Source: Macrostomum hystrix (lineage: Eukaryota; Animalia; Platyhelminthes). From it: a DNA stretch of 64,000 nt. The position numbers and the translations under genes were made by a program. Positions 24,490 to 38,500 of this stretch are shown piece after piece (the stretch's first letter is position 1; the number at the start of each line of letters is the position of its first letter). A model generated the notes under the pieces. The model was not told where the DNA came from. It saw only the letters and a program-made list of their open reading frames with translations, and made no database searches. The stretch covers positions 3,472,001 through 3,536,000 of the forward strand of contig CATNEN010000034.1 of the NCBI GenBank assembly GCA_950097015.1, read 5' to 3'.

Positions 24490-25602
24490 GACTTGCTAAT
24501 TTTATATAGTTTTATCATTTGAAAATATTTTCTTTACCTTTTGCACAGTTCAGAAAATTATTAGAATAAAATTTTTTATCATGTATTATCGGCCATCGCA
24601 TGCGATCTTAATAGTACTTTCGTATGAGCTTTCTAGCTTCTAGATGATAGCACCTGTTGGTTGATGTAGGTTTAGTGTTCTTGTTCTTGTCTTGTATCTT
24701 CCCGCTAAAAAATAGGGATGTTTCTTTGGGTGATTCCAGTTGGAATCTGCGGTGTTTCCAGAAAAAGAAACAACCGAACGCTGGAAACATACCAATCGGA
24801 TGATTCCATGCTTAGAATCTACCCAACTGGGCGTTTTCTCGGCGCTTCTTGGTGGCGAAATGGAATCACCCAAAGAATCCTCCAGTTCGGAAGATTCCAT
24901 GCTCAGAAACCGCCGAGGAATCGCCCGTAAATAATTCTCTGGTTGTCCCATGGGCCACTGGTTTGGGTGATTCTTCGGCGGTTTCCGCACAATTTACGGT
25001 TACATCGGCTGCTTCCTGGGTGGTTTCTTTAACTCTTGCGAGATGGGGGGATTTTGGTAGATTCCACTCCTATTTTGCACAAAAAACCCGCCGAAGAAGC
25101 AGCCGAATTTTTTACAGGGTTGATTTGTCATGACTTGTAATTTTGTTAAACAGCCCTTGCAGACTAAGATAGTGGGGTGAATGCAGACAACAGCAGCAGA
25201 AGAACTACTATATGTACGCAAAGTAGCAGTTTTTTTACTTCAGTGCTCAATTTTCCAACGCGGTTTCGCTTGAACTTTGGTTGGGATTGTTGGCTCTGTC
25301 CGATATTTGATCACAATTCTTTCCGGCCGGTCTGCGAACTTATTTATAATTCGTCTTATTAGATACTAGCTTTTTTTGCCCGTTGTTTCTGGGGCAGAAA
25401 TTTAAAGCAAAGCAGTAAGCAATTCACGTCTCTGTATTAACTTTATAGTGAAGGTCACCATATATTCATTTACTGCATTAATGAAAAGTGAAGAGTTTGT
25501 TTAAGGGCGTTTTAAGTAAAAAATAAGTGAAAAGTTTGTCCAAACAGCCCCCTCTTGATTACTTCTTTAGAAACATGTCTCTTAGCCACTCCTCTATACA
25601 GT

Positions 25603-25874
25603 CAGTGGCAGATCCAGGAATTTTGTTTTGGGGCGGTCTGTCAGGGGAGCGCCATGAGAATCACAGAGTGGGTGCCAGCGGCCGAAAAAGGGCGCCAGGA
25701 GCCAAGAAAGGGCGCCAGCGGCTGAAAAACGGGAGCCAGCGGCTGAAAAAGGGGCGCCAGCGGCCGAAAAGGGGCGCCAGTGCTGCGACTGGCGCCCCTG
25801 GTGGGGGCATCTTATTCCCATGATTAAAATTTATGGGGGCGACTGCCCCCCGCCCCCCCCTAAATCTGCCTCTG
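25603..25874. mobile_element. hAT-type MITE nested in the Helitron
   Basis: TIR CAG(T/A)GGCAGAT(CC/TT)AGG. Perfect 8-bp TSD TATACAGT. Internal roughly 20-bp GC-rich repeats. Confidence 0.9.
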
Positions 25875-26026
25875 TATACAGTATGCATGTACACGCGTAT
25901 ACATAAGGAAAATAGCCATGGCATAACAATAACAATGTCAAAGAAACAAAATTAAACTGTTTCAGAGTTCAGAGTTAGACAGGTCAAGGTCAATTCGTGA
26001 CTACTTTTCTATTAATTGCTTGCGAG

Positions 26027-27010
26027 TCACCTCAAGGCCTGGGGATACACCACATTCTTCGTTCTTCCCCTTGGTGCGAAAATGAATAGGCCAGCTGGAG
26101 TTCCAACACGGGAGCAGGCGACATAAAGCTGCCCATGCGAGAAGCAAGGAGTCTCCAGGTTGAGGCCAGCTACCTTCAGCGACTGTCCCTGAGCCTTGTT
26201 AATAGTCATCGCAAAGCACACTCTCACAGAGAACTGCAGTCGCTGTAACTGAAATGGCAGGTCCGTGGGGATAATTGGAATCCGGGGAACGAACACAGAC
26301 TCTCCTCTGCCAGATCCAGTCATTATCGTGGCCTCAATCACGTGTGGGAAGAGCCGCCTGACTATCAGTCTGGTGCCGTTACACAGCCTTGGCGCATTCA
26401 GGTTGCGGAGGAGCATAATTGGTGCCCCAACTTTCAGCTGCAAGTTGTGCGATGGAGTTCCAGGAGGATCTAGAGAGTTCAGAAACTCAACAGGATACTC
26501 CACAGCGGTGTCATCAGTCAACGTTGTATCAATTGACTTGTAGGTGAAAACTGCACCTGGCAACTCCTGAAGCAGTTGGTAGTTAATTTCGTTGGCGGCA
26601 TCATTTCTAGGACACAGAATTGCCCTCTCTGACAGCCAGTCAACGTCAGCATATCGAACCATCAGGTTCGGGTAAACTTTTGCCTTGAGCTCCTGCACTG
26701 ACTGCACAATGGTTCCGATTGTAGCGATCGATGACTGCCCATCCTCGGTGCTAATCTCCAGCAGACCATTGCCGATTCGCAATAGATTGGCAGAGAACTC
26801 ATGAGCTGTTTCGTCTCCTTGAATTGTAGCTCTCATGTTTGTTCGTAGGTGCAACTTCACAACCGATGGCCACAGGTGAGATGATTTTAGGCAAGCATTA
26901 ATCTCATCAGCAGGAGTGCCACGCGGAATCACAGGCAGCGTCTGTCTAAAGTCTCCAGACAGCAGCAGAGTGACACCACCCATCAGTTGATCGCCAGCCT
27001 CTCTCTTTCT
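26027..27010 (-). pseudogene. C-terminal part of a Helitron RepHel PIF1-like helicase
   Basis: GGVTLLLSGDFRQTLPV, LKVGAPIMLLRNL..LCNGTRL, FAMTINKAQGQSL, FSHGQLYVACSRV, TKNVVY. Walker A and the Rep domain are absent. Confidence 0.9.
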
Positions 27011-28320
27011 TCTATCCCAGGCTGGCTGGAGAGAAATATCAACCGGAGAGCCCTGCGCACTGGGACGCCACCGCACTCACCGCACTCAGTCTCAGTGCTG
27101 CTTGGGGGCCAGTAGACAGTCTAGGGGTTTGGGCTGTGTACATTCACGGCTTGAAATACAATGTACAGTCTGGGGCTTCGGCGCCCGGGGAAGGGAGGGG
27201 GTGGCTGTAATAAAATTTGGCCCGCAGAGTGGCGGAGGGGAGTTGGGGTGGCTGTCCTCGGAAAACAAAAAGTGACTCACTTTGAGATGATGCAGCTTTG
27301 CTCTGGATTGAGTAGAGATGTTCAAAATTGACAGCATTGTTGGAAAACATGTAAAGTGTAAGTGGATCAAATTTGGAGAAAATCTGACAAAGTGGGGCGA
27401 CGATATGTCGAATTGAGTGATATTTTTACGATTTTTGAGCAGTTTTTTGCACTTTTGAGCAGGAAGGAAATGATTTTTCGGGAATTTGAGTAGCCTATTG
27501 CACTCAGCGTAGGTGGTTTTAGGTATGTGCAAAGTTTGGTGCGATTTGGTTGAGCGGTTTCGGCGTCTATAAAGACAAAAGGTTGCACACAGACAGACAG
27601 ACAGACAGACAGAGTTTTCACTTTTATATATATAGATTGGATTTTGTAGGGCCATTGGTCAAATAAATTGGCCCGCAATCATTCTACTGTGAAGTGTCTT
27701 ACAGAAATAGCTTGGTTTATTTAGTCGCACAATTCACCTGATGTAGCCAGCGTCTCTTCCCTCGTCACTTACTACTGCTCTCTGTCAGTAGTTACTAGTA
27801 GTATGTGCAATAAATCTGAACTTTTTTGTACGACTAGCAATGTGTCTTCAGAGCAAAAATTTTTACATATTTCAAATTTTTCCTTTTTACGAGCTAGCTA
27901 GTAAAATTGAGTTCTCATTTTGCCTTTCTATTCAGCTATATTTAGGCTAACAAATTTGTTTTGGGTAATGCGAAATTTAAATGTTGTGTTTCTCAATCCA
28001 CCATCCTCTCTAAATGGGCTTTAATTTCAAAGGCGCTTATTGCATAGAATCTACTCGTATCTCTGATCACTTCGTGCACTTTTTCATTTGAAATATACCT
28101 GCAGCGTGTATGTGTAAACTACAATGTCTATGGCGACCGCATTTTCTGTGTCACCAAAGATTTATAAATCAATACAATGTAGTCCATCAGGGATGTTGTT
28201 TTTGAAATTAATAAAATTATTTAACGAAGAGCTTTTTACTTAAAGGTTAGAGGGTTCACTCGGAGAAGTTGGACTGGGTCCACGGATTGAACTTCTGTAC
28301 GCATTCTTTGAAACATTTAA

Positions 28321-29844
28321 ATGAGGTTTAAAGGTGTCACATTCTTGATGAGGTTTAAAGGTGTCACATTCTCGATGAGGTTTAAATGTGTCACATTCTT
28401 GATGAGGTTTAAAGGTGTCACATTCTTGATGAGGTTTAAAGGTGTCACATTCTTGATGAGGTTTAAAGGTGTCACATTCTCGATGAGGTTTAAATGTGTC
28501 ACATTCTCGATGAGGTTTAAAGGTGTCACATTCTTGATGAGGTTTAAAGGTGTCACATTCTTGATGAGGTTTAAAGGTGTCACATTCTCGATGAGGTTTA
28601 AAGGTGTCACATTCTCGATGAGGTTTAAAGGTGTCACATTCTCGATGAGGTTTAAAGGTGTCACATTCTCGATGAGGTTTAAAGGTGTCACATTCTTGAT
28701 AAGGTTTAATGGTGTCACATTCTCGATGAGGTTTAAAGGTGTCACATTCTCGATGAGGTTTAAAGGTGTCACATTCTCGATGAGGTTTAAAGGTGTCACA
28801 TTCTCGATGAGGTTTAAAGGTGTCACATTCTCGATGGGGTTTAAAGGTGTCACATTCTTGATAAGGTTTAATGGTGTCACATTCTCGATGAGGTTTAAAG
28901 GTGTCACATTCTTGATAAGGTTTAAAGGTGTCACATTCTCGATGAGGTTTAAAGGTGTCACATTCTCGATGAGGTTTAAAGGTGTTACATTCTCGATGAG
29001 GTTTAAAGGTGTCACATTCTTGATAAGGTTTAATGGTGTCACATTCTCGATGAGGTTTAAAGGTGTCACATTCTTGATAAGGTTTAATGGTGTCACATTC
29101 TCGATGAGGTTTAAAGGTGTCATATTCTCGATGAGGTTTAAAGGTGTCACATTCTTGATAAGGTTTAATGGTGTCACATTCTCGATGAGGTTTAAAGGTG
29201 TCACATTCTTGATAAGGTTTAATGGTGTCACATTCTCGATGAGGTTTAAAGGTGTCATATTCTCGATGAGGTTTAAAGGTGTCACATTCTCTCTGAGGTT
29301 TAAAGGTGTCACATTCTTGATAAGGTTTAAAGGTGTCACATTCTCTCTGAGGTTTAAAGGTGTCACATTCTCTCTGAGGTTTAAAGGTGTCACATTCTCG
29401 ATGAGGTTTAAAGGTGTCAAATTCTCGATGAGGTTTAGAGGTGTCACATTCTCGATGAGGTTTAAAGGTGTTACATTCTCGATGAGGTTTAAAGGTGTCA
29501 CATTCTTGATAAGGTTTAATGGTGTCACATTCTCGATGAGGTTTAAAGGTGTCACATTCTTGATAAGGTTTAATGGTGTCACATTCTCGATGAGGTTTAA
29601 AGGTGTCATATTCTCGATGAGGTTTAAAGGTGTCACATTCTCTCTGAGGTTTAAAGGTGTCACATTCTCGATGAGGTTTAAAGGTGTCACATTCTTGATG
29701 AGGTTTAAAGGTGTCACATTCTTGATAAGGTTTAAAGGTGTCACATTCTTGATAAGGTTTAAAGGTGTCACATTCTCTCTGAGGTTTAAAGGTGTCACAT
29801 TCTCAATGAGGTTTAAAGGTGTCACATTCTTGATGAGGTTGTAA
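28321..29844. repeat. 27-bp satellite (ATGAGGTTTAAAGGTGTCACATTCTCG)
   Basis: About 56 tandem units. Confidence 0.95.
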
Positions 29845-31189
29845 GAATCGTAACTTCAATTTCAGGAAATTTCAATGTGCTTTAAGTCACTTTTATTTCG
29901 ATAAAAACTGTATCGTCCGATTCCTCATTTAATGTCTTCTACATGCAGCTCATTGTGAGTACAGTAAATCTTCAACTTTTTTTCTAGCTTTCCAATCGAT
30001 GAATGCATCAGATTTGGCAATATAGAATCAATCCTCTTGACACTTAAACTGGCTTCATACCTGGCAGTGATAAGCTCAGTCGAAAATAAATCAATGCACT
30101 GAATGGGGTCGTTTCGCCGGTTAGATGGTAAAAAATAGAGAAAAGCCTTGGCGACTGGGGCATTGAGATTCATTTGTTAATAATGAACTGGCTGGACCTA
30201 GCTGAAGGCCATTGTGGTGTCCGAGAATCCGATAGCAATTCGCATGATCTCTGCAGTAATGAGGAGCACTATCGATTTCCGCTAGGCTGAGGCCAGGGGC
30301 TTACTATATCAGAGTTTGGCATTTGGATGGAGGAAATATGAAAGCTGCGAAGCTGGAGAAGACAGCAAGCATAACAGCACGGTGCGGCAGGGACTCACAG
30401 CGTCAGCCTTGACTGACACCGTCGTCTTATTCCCCGCTTCGGCTTTGTCGTAAGATTCTAGGATTTATGGCGCCGGGCTTTGTGAAGCAATTATTGCCTG
30501 TCTGAGAACAACAGCTAGACTCTAGAGCCTCACTGTCTGTCCGTGTGAGTTGCCCGAGGGTAGGATGTCTAGCGGCATATCCAGCTCCAATTTCGCGCGG
30601 GAATAATCGGCCACCGGGCTTATCGGTATAAGCTCACGGAAACTGCATGCTTGGGGGTGGGGAGCTCGGCCATAATTTGATTGTCGCACAGAGAGACGCT
30701 ATGCAAAGTGCTCCCGAAGAGCATCGGAAAACTTGCTCTACATCAGAATATTATACGCGAGCTGGCCTGCGGGAAAATATCAGGGAGAGAGAGAGAAACA
30801 AGAGGAAAACACCGGACTAACTCGGAATGGCATGGCGGAAACTGTTTTTTGGGACTGTTGGTGAATGCTAACGTTTGAGTTTCGTGTTTAAAAAAACAAT
30901 TTGCATTAATTTCTGTGGCATCAGTTTTAGAGTTTTCATGTTTCGCAAAACACTTAGTATAGTGGTTGTGACTAACGGCCTCCGCATGCAGTCGCGAGTG
31001 CACTTTCATTTCTCGTATCTTCAGCCCTTGCCCTGTGATTCTCTCACCTTCTACTCTCGTGATTGGCTGTCCAGTTCTCCTGCTGTCACCCACCCCCCGC
31101 CGCCACCCGTATCGATAGAAGTTGGCTTTTGTTGACGCGCGTATAGCTGTAAATGAAAAGGTCGTCTCATACTCGTACCTCCGGCGAGA

Positions 31190-31350
31190 GTGTACACTGC
31201 CTGACGATGAGAAAGTTGTGGGCAGATGCCCACACCTGTATGAGCGTGTGCCTACGTACAGTATCTGTGTTCGTGTGTGCTCAGGAGTCAGCGAAACGGG
31301 CAGAATTGCCTCCTCGCTGGCTGCGGGTCTAGTGTCAACAAATGATGTTG
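31190..31350 (+). mobile_element. SINE family A, partial copy
   Basis: CTGCCTGACGATGAGAAAG..GTGTGCTCAGGAGTCAGCGAAACGGGCAGAATTGCCTCCTCGCTGGCTGCGG is shared with other copies. Confidence 0.8.
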
Positions 31351-32229
31351 TTATGCAACTACTACTACTTTTACTGCTACTACTAATGCTGCCATTAGTA
31401 GTAAAATCTACTTTTACAGTTTTGCAGTATACCGAAATCTTTCTTCAAGCCTCCCCAATAGCCACTTTACTTAATAACAGGAGGTTTTTGAATTATTTCA
31501 GCTTAGAGTGTGATGAAGCGATCAGAGCAGCAGCAATCAACAATATTGCTCCTTTATTTAGGATATTAATATTAGATTATCGCAAAAAGCGGCCTTCTCA
31601 GGATGAGTAAGAGAGCTGAAGAAAAGTCGATAAAAGAGGGCATAATTTGCGATAATGAAGAAGGCAAATGAATAATGACAAATTATTTAAAGCCATTTAA
31701 ATAATTTCAGCTAAAGTCACAGAGCCGCACACTTAGCATGCAGTGTTTGCGATGAATCTGAAAATAATTCTCAAGTGCAGTCCAGAAATTTTATTTAATC
31801 GGATCTAATTATGCAGCATGGATTAAAAAATTACAAAATCTAAGTCATGGAACTATAGATTAAGCATTAAGCAAATACTATTTAAATAGATCGAATGAAT
31901 TTGATTGGCTGAGGTCATACAGTCACGTGCTTGTGTGGAAATTTCATAAATGGATTATTTCATAAATTAAAAAAGCAGCAACAGCAACATTTTCGTAATA
32001 ATACACGACGGTGAATGACACTTTTTCTTTCGGCTTCAAGCGATCAATGTGTTGCTGAGTAACAAGAAACGACTGTAAATTACATGAAATCTTTACATGA
32101 AACATTGCGACGGCGACGTTTTAAATAGGGTATTGTCTAATCTAATATAACATTTATTGCAAATATGTATTCACTTTCTGTTGGAAATAAAACACACTCC
32201 TAAGCAGGTGCACTCATCTGCCGCTTTCT

Positions 32230-32490
32230 GAACACCCACCTCCCTCCCTAACACTGCAAACACCCTCCTCTCTCCCTAATTCTCCATCCCTACCCCTGCA
32301 AACACCCACCTCACCCCCTACCCCTGCAAACAACCACCTCCCTCCCTACCCCTACAAACACCCACCTTCCTCCCTACCCCTACAAACACCCACCTCCCTC
32401 CTAACCCCTGTAAGCACCCACCTCCCTCCCTACCCCTCCAAACTCCCATCCCCCTCCTAACCCCTGCAAACACCTATCTCATTCAACCCA
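32230..32490. repeat. C-rich degenerate minisatellite (about 29 bp)
   Basis: CACCCACCTCCCTCCCTACCCCT(G/A)CAAA-like units. Confidence 0.75.
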
Positions 32491-32556
32491 GCTACCCCTA
32501 CAAAAGTGATATTTCTTATACTTCGCTTCGAATGCAAGATTGGCGATATTTCTTAT

Positions 32557-35500
32557 TCAAATCCATCGCTGCTTGTGCCTGGCTCTGTCGCGCCTATAAA
32601 ATAGCAGGCAGGGGTCCCTGGTGAGCAGGTGGACAGCCTTCGGCACGACCTTGGTCTCCGCTAGTCGGCCAGGATCGAGCCAAGAATCTAGTCTGCCCAG
32701 GTCCGTGACCTCGGGAACAGCGAAGCCGAAGGCAGCGGCTGCGGGATCAGGTTGTTGTTTTTCGAGTTTAGTAGCATAGTCTTAGCAGCTGGCGAACTAT
32801 TGTGGCTTAGGTGAAGCCATAGAAAGCTAGATTACAAGTAACTATAGGCAACAGGCAATGATAGAAATGTACTAAAGCAGGTGTTACTATTCGTAGGCTC
32901 ATTATTTTTTCTCGGGACGAACTATACATTGACAACATGAGTCATCCGAAGCAAGCAAATGATCTGCCTCCAAGCTACTAGTTAAATGGATGCCCAAAAG
33001 CTTAAAATAGTAGACAAAGGCCCTGCAGTTTCTGTTCCCTCTCTAATTAGCCGAGCTGAAAAACAGAACTGGCTGGCTTGCTGGGAAATTTCTACAATAA
33101 ACAAAACATTGTTTACAGATGGTTTCACTTTGCTTGCAAGTCAAAGTTTTTTCTATGCTAATTTCAGGGAACAGCATGACTAAATATGCGTACAATATGG
33201 TGCCGCATCACTGCCTTTCAGTTGCAAAACCTGATTTCTTTCATCGTCATATTCCAATTAAGAAGATGTATTATTAGAGCCAATCTACTGGAACACTGAG
33301 GACTCTAGGATTGCAGCAGCAATCTACTGGAACACTGAGGACTCTAGGATTGCAGCAGCAATCTATACTGGAACACTGAGGACTCTAGGATTGCAGCAGC
33401 AATCTACTGGAACACTGAGGACTCTAGGATTGCAGCAATCTAGTGGAAGATCCACTGTCTTTTGTTGACCAACTATTCGTAGAAATGTTTTTTATTCAAC
33501 GGTCGTTTTGCTTGGGGCATTGATTTCGTTGAATTCGATCCCACTTTTAACGATGATCCTCTAAAAGGTTTTTAAATTTTTTCTAGAAGCATTTTAATGG
33601 AAAATGTTTCTTTTTTAATTTGAAGAAGAAGGGTTAACTCAAAATTAAATTTTTGTGTTTAATTATTTTTTTCTTCATCTAGACTTTATTGCAAATTCTA
33701 TCTGTCATCCTTAGGAAAAGTAAAATGCCCTCTTTTAAGAAGCAATAGGGTTAGAATGGGTTTCGCTTTGCCAGCTCTTAAAATTGCTATGATAAATTAC
33801 TATAAGACCCAGGGAAATTTAATTTCCGATTCTAAATTATTGGACTGACGCAAAGATTCATTGATCGTCCGACTAAAATAAAAAAATTGATTTAATTTTC
33901 TGAAATAATTTCTCTAATGTCTCTTACTTGTTGCTTGTGTTGAGCCTAATAAAAAATCGAGAGTTTTTAATTCCCCAATGAGTATAATAAGATAAAATTA
34001 TGGCGAATATAGGAGCTCGGTTGAAGAAAAAGAAGCAGCTAAATCACTTTGATATACTAGTAAAGATGTACAGCACCTCCAACCAATCAGCGCCAAGTGA
34101 GCACGCTAGAAAATTCTAAAAATAGCATCAAATGATTTCACTCACAGCCGCACTCGGCCATGCTATTGTACAGCAGCCAGCGGCCGGCATGCTGCGGCCA
34201 CCGAACCAGACAGACGTATCGGTCACGATGGCGACAGACGGCTGCCCACAGGCGCATCTGGCTGTCCGCCTCGGCCGAGACCCGGGAACCGCCCGCGTGC
34301 CGACGCTCGACTTCTTCAGGATAGTGAATCTGCGAAGCTAAGTGGTCACTGCCGCTCGAGTGGGCCTTTTGTAGCGTGGGAGAATATGAGATATAGTGAT
34401 ATAAAATCCCAGCTGGTAATACCAAGTCCGTAATAAATGAGTAATACTTCTAGGAGGGCTGCGGGAAATAGCACATCATTTCACTAAACCCGCAGCCAGC
34501 GAGGAGGCAATTCTGCCCATTCCGCTGACTCCTGAGCACACACACACACACAGATATTGTACACAGGCATGCACACACATGTGTGTACATCTGCCCTGAC
34601 TTTATCATCGTCAGGCAGTGTAACAGTCCTTGGAGGTTGGCCCTCAAGGGCGCCAATTGAATGACAAGCCTCAAAGCCTTCTCTCCGTGGCTGCGACCCA
34701 AATAAATGTGACATCGCCGCGGAATCGAACTCAGGGACCTTGGTGCGAGAGACAAAGTCGTTAGACAGCCCTGCCCAGTCACGAGAGCTTCCAGAATCCC
34801 AAAGCTGAGCTCACCTGTAGGCGTTGAAAGCAGTCGCGGCAGTAGGCAAAGCCGGTAGGCGGCCGGCAGGTGCGCGCCTCGGCCAGGCAGCGCCGGCACT
34901 CCAGGCTGGCCAGCCGGCCGCAGACGGCGCAGGCCCTGGCTCGGCCGGCAAGCAGGCGGGAAATGTCTATGGCCGGGAGCGGCACCGTCTCCGGCTCGGC
35001 CTGCATCGCCAGGGCTGTGGGCTCTCGGGCTAGCGAACCGGCTGGCAGTGTCCAGTGCAGCAGAAATTCAGCGTCCAATAGAGGTCTCCCGGCGGTTTCG
35101 TCCAGGCCGGATCGGGACAAAGTCAGCAGTTGGCGCGGCGGCTTGAAGATGGTCGAGCGGCGACCGTGGCCGAGAGCGCCGAGTAGGAGGTCAAGGCAGA
35201 GGCCGGGATCTAGGGTGCGTTGGACCAATCGGACCATTAAAGTATTGGTATTCTGCCCTTTCAAAGATTCTTAAACACAAACGCACGCAGATGCCGTACA
35301 CAGGCACACACTCTCACTTTCTCATTGTCAGGCAATGTACACTCTTCCTGTGACTTGGAAACTGCGTAAATTGCACGATAAGCCGCCAAGCCTTCTCTCA
35401 GCGACTGTGTCTAAAACGAATGCATCATCGAGCTAAGGGACCTTTGTGCGAGAGGCAAACCACTGTGGCGCTCACCCCCTTTCTCAATGGGTGTTGGAGA

Positions 35501-38500
35501 TTTGAAAAATAAGTGCATCTATGTCGCGGTATATCGTCCACTCCACTTCAATCTGCACCTTCCTCATTCTGCACCCACCTCACCTCACTTAAGACTCATC
35601 TCACTCCGGACCCACTTCACTCCGCACCCACCTCATTCCGCACTCACCTCACTCCGCACCCACCTCACTCCGCACCCACCTCATTCCGCACTCACCTCAC
35701 TCCGCACCCACCTCACTCCGCACCCACCTCTCTCCGCACCCACCTCTCTCCACACCCTCCTCACTCCACACCCTCCTCACTCACACCCTCCTCACTCCAC
35801 ACCCTCCTCACTCCACACCCTCCTCACTCCACACCCTCCTCACTCCGCACCCACCTCTCTCCGCACCCACCTCTCTCCGCACCCACCTCTCTCCGCACCC
35901 ACCTCACTCCGCACTCAGCTCACTCCACACCCACCTCACTCCGCAACCACCTTGCTCGATCGCCACCATTCCAAATCTAGCAGTATGACCTTACAAAAGC
36001 TAGTAAAATGGAAACATTTCTGTTTAGCAGTATATCATGACAGTTCTTTCCTTTCGAAACATTTTTGCATAGCCTATACTGATCATTTTCAAATAATTAA
36101 TTTGGAATGTGTCAATAAGAAGGACAGCAACAGACCAGCCCAGATCAATCAAAGCAGTTATAAGCTGCTTAGCCACTGTAATCTCGGGCTGTATTCCCAA
36201 AAATGGAAATGCATAAAGATAATTTTGACGGGACGTTGCTGAGCAATCGATCTGTGGCAATTGACAAAGTACATCGAAGCATCGAAGCACTATTGAAACA
36301 ATCGTTAGTTTGCTATCTATCTATGAAATTGAAAATGAACCGAAACGACATCTGACCTACTTGGGCCACATGCACAGATACAGCTTTTCAGTCTGTAGAC
36401 AAGTTACCATCCATCATTAACCTGGAATACGATTTTCGGCATTGAATTCAGAATATTTACAGGTGGAGTTGAGAAAAAGGTAGATTTTATTCTCGTTTAG
36501 CTGAAACAGTGCGTGGCTGCTGCGACTGCAGCTACAATAGCATACAATAGCAGACTGATTAAAGAGACTGTGATGGAGAGGCCGGGAGAGAGGGAGAATG
36601 GGAAAACGGGTGCATAGCGACCTCTTCCCGCGCGTTTATTGTACTCAAAAAAGGAAAAACGCAATAGAAATGTCGATAGGTAAGAAGGAAAATGCATCAG
36701 CCACTTTCTCTCTGCTTCCGTCTGCCTGAGAGATATGAAACGCCACACGCAACCCGACCAGAAATCCTTGGGCGGTGCAGGAGAAGAAGATGAAGCATTC
36801 CAGCTTCATTTTTCTAAGCGGCAGCGACCAGAAAGGTAAAGCGAATATTTACTACTTTAGCAGACAATGAAAATATTGGCTGGCTTGACAAAAAGCCTCG
36901 GGGAAACGCATAGCAACCGGATGGTGCGTTTGGGCTCTGCCTTCCAGCGTACGAGCTTATGTGCTAATGTCCAAAGTGGATAGATCATTGCAGATTCAAA
37001 GTGGGTAGATCATTGCAGATTCAAAGTGGGTAGATCATTGCAGATTCATAGTGGGCAGATCATTGCAGATTCACAGTGCGCAGATCATTGCAGATTCAAA
37101 GTGGGTAGATCATTGCAGATTCAAAGTGGATAGATCATTGCAGATTCAAAGTGGGTAGATCATTGCAGATTCAAAGTGGGTAGATCATTGCAGATTCATA
37201 GTGGGCAGATCATTGCAGATTCAAAGTGGTTAGATCATTGCAGATTCACAGTGGGTAGATCATTGCAGATTCACAGTGGGCAGATCATTGCAGATTCAAA
37301 GTGGTTAGATCATTGCAGATTCACAGTGGATAGATGCTTCTCCACAAAGTCTAGATTGTCGAGCAGCAGATGCTTCAGTATGAGGGCACATTGTAAGATG
37401 CGAACTCAAGTCCATATGTTATCCAGCCGCACCAATATTGCTAGGAATTAATTTTCTAAGAAACTAAAGAAAGAGAGAAGGGGCAGAGATGGAGACGGAG
37501 CGGCTAAAAAAATGAAGTGAAAGAGCGAGAAAGGCAAGGCGGTTCAGTCGATCTCAGGCTTGGCAATCGATGCTCTCGCATGGCCAGGCAGGGGTTTTGA
37601 GAAGCCTTGGGGTGAGGAGGTGATTTCGGTGCAATGAGATTGAAATGGGTCAAGCTATTCGAGAAGTTGATTGCGCCGATACTGCCAGTTTAATTGGCCA
37701 ACAAGGCCGGCGGCAAAAGGCGAAGTTAAAGCAAGCAAGTAAGCCCAGTTTGTTGACCAAATTTTGATCATTGTGCCCTAAAAGATTGTGGCTCTGTCGC
37801 TAGAGTGTCCGACTTGTGAGTTGAAAGTCAAGGGTTCGATTTCCTACTCCAATGGAAAAATGCGTGTGTTTTAGCTAGAATCAGCTGAGGAAATTTGGGG
37901 TGCATCGTGCGCCGCCCCCATGATAGTCCATGGACTGAACAGCCGTGCCCAGCTTACAGTTTCGCCGCGCAATAGCCCGATTAGGGCAGGTGCAATCAGC
38001 TATTGCAAATCATTTTCTAACCGACAAGATGTGAAAAACAAACATAATTTTATTGAATAAAACTGTTTTTATGGATAGCCGTGCTCAGATTTCTCGCAAC
38101 TTCCAGCTGGCATGCAAGACCCACCAAAAATCAGCGACCATCAGGCCGCGTTGATGAATTTCCTCGCCCTGGTGCACGCCATGCATCCCGCGCCCATCCG
38201 CCACTCACACTCGGTTCGAGTAGTTCGGCTTCTGGAAAAGAAATCTAGTTGGGATTTTTTAGAACGGCGCGACCCGCCCGGCAACGGATATTCGGCCGGG
38301 AACCTCAGAGGGCAGTCAGAAGTGGCACATTGAGTGAAGGCTAGAGGGGGAATAAGAGGCTGAGAGAGTACACTTTGAGCACGCGACTGGGGGGCCGCGG
38401 CCAAGGATCCTCTGGAGCCTGTGCCGCAACGCGCGATGCGTCAGCCGCTGCACTTTTCCAAGATCTCCCATTATCCCAAGACTGCAGTCGAGCCTGATGG

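Larger units (their letters stand above)
25366..27636 (-). mobile_element. Internally deleted Helitron
   Basis: 5' end a|TCTATATATATAAAA followed by (CTGT)n. 3' hairpin GCCC..GGGC then CTAG|t. Insertion between A and T with no TSD. Carries a PIF1 helicase fragment. Confidence 0.85.

Noticed and set aside
24600-25360. Short inverted TGGGTGATTC/GAATCACCCA motifs after Miro
   Set aside because: Possibly a decayed transposon, but no TIR or TSD boundaries could be defined.
28317-29844. 500-aa ORFs on both strands
   Set aside because: They result from a stop-poor 27-bp satellite, with no unique coding flanks or splice context.
31198-31220. Hammerhead-like CTGACGA..GAAA in SINE family A
   Set aside because: Only 3 nt separate the boxes, leaving no room for stem II. 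Other copies read CTGACAA or lack GAAA. It is better explained as a simple hairpin.
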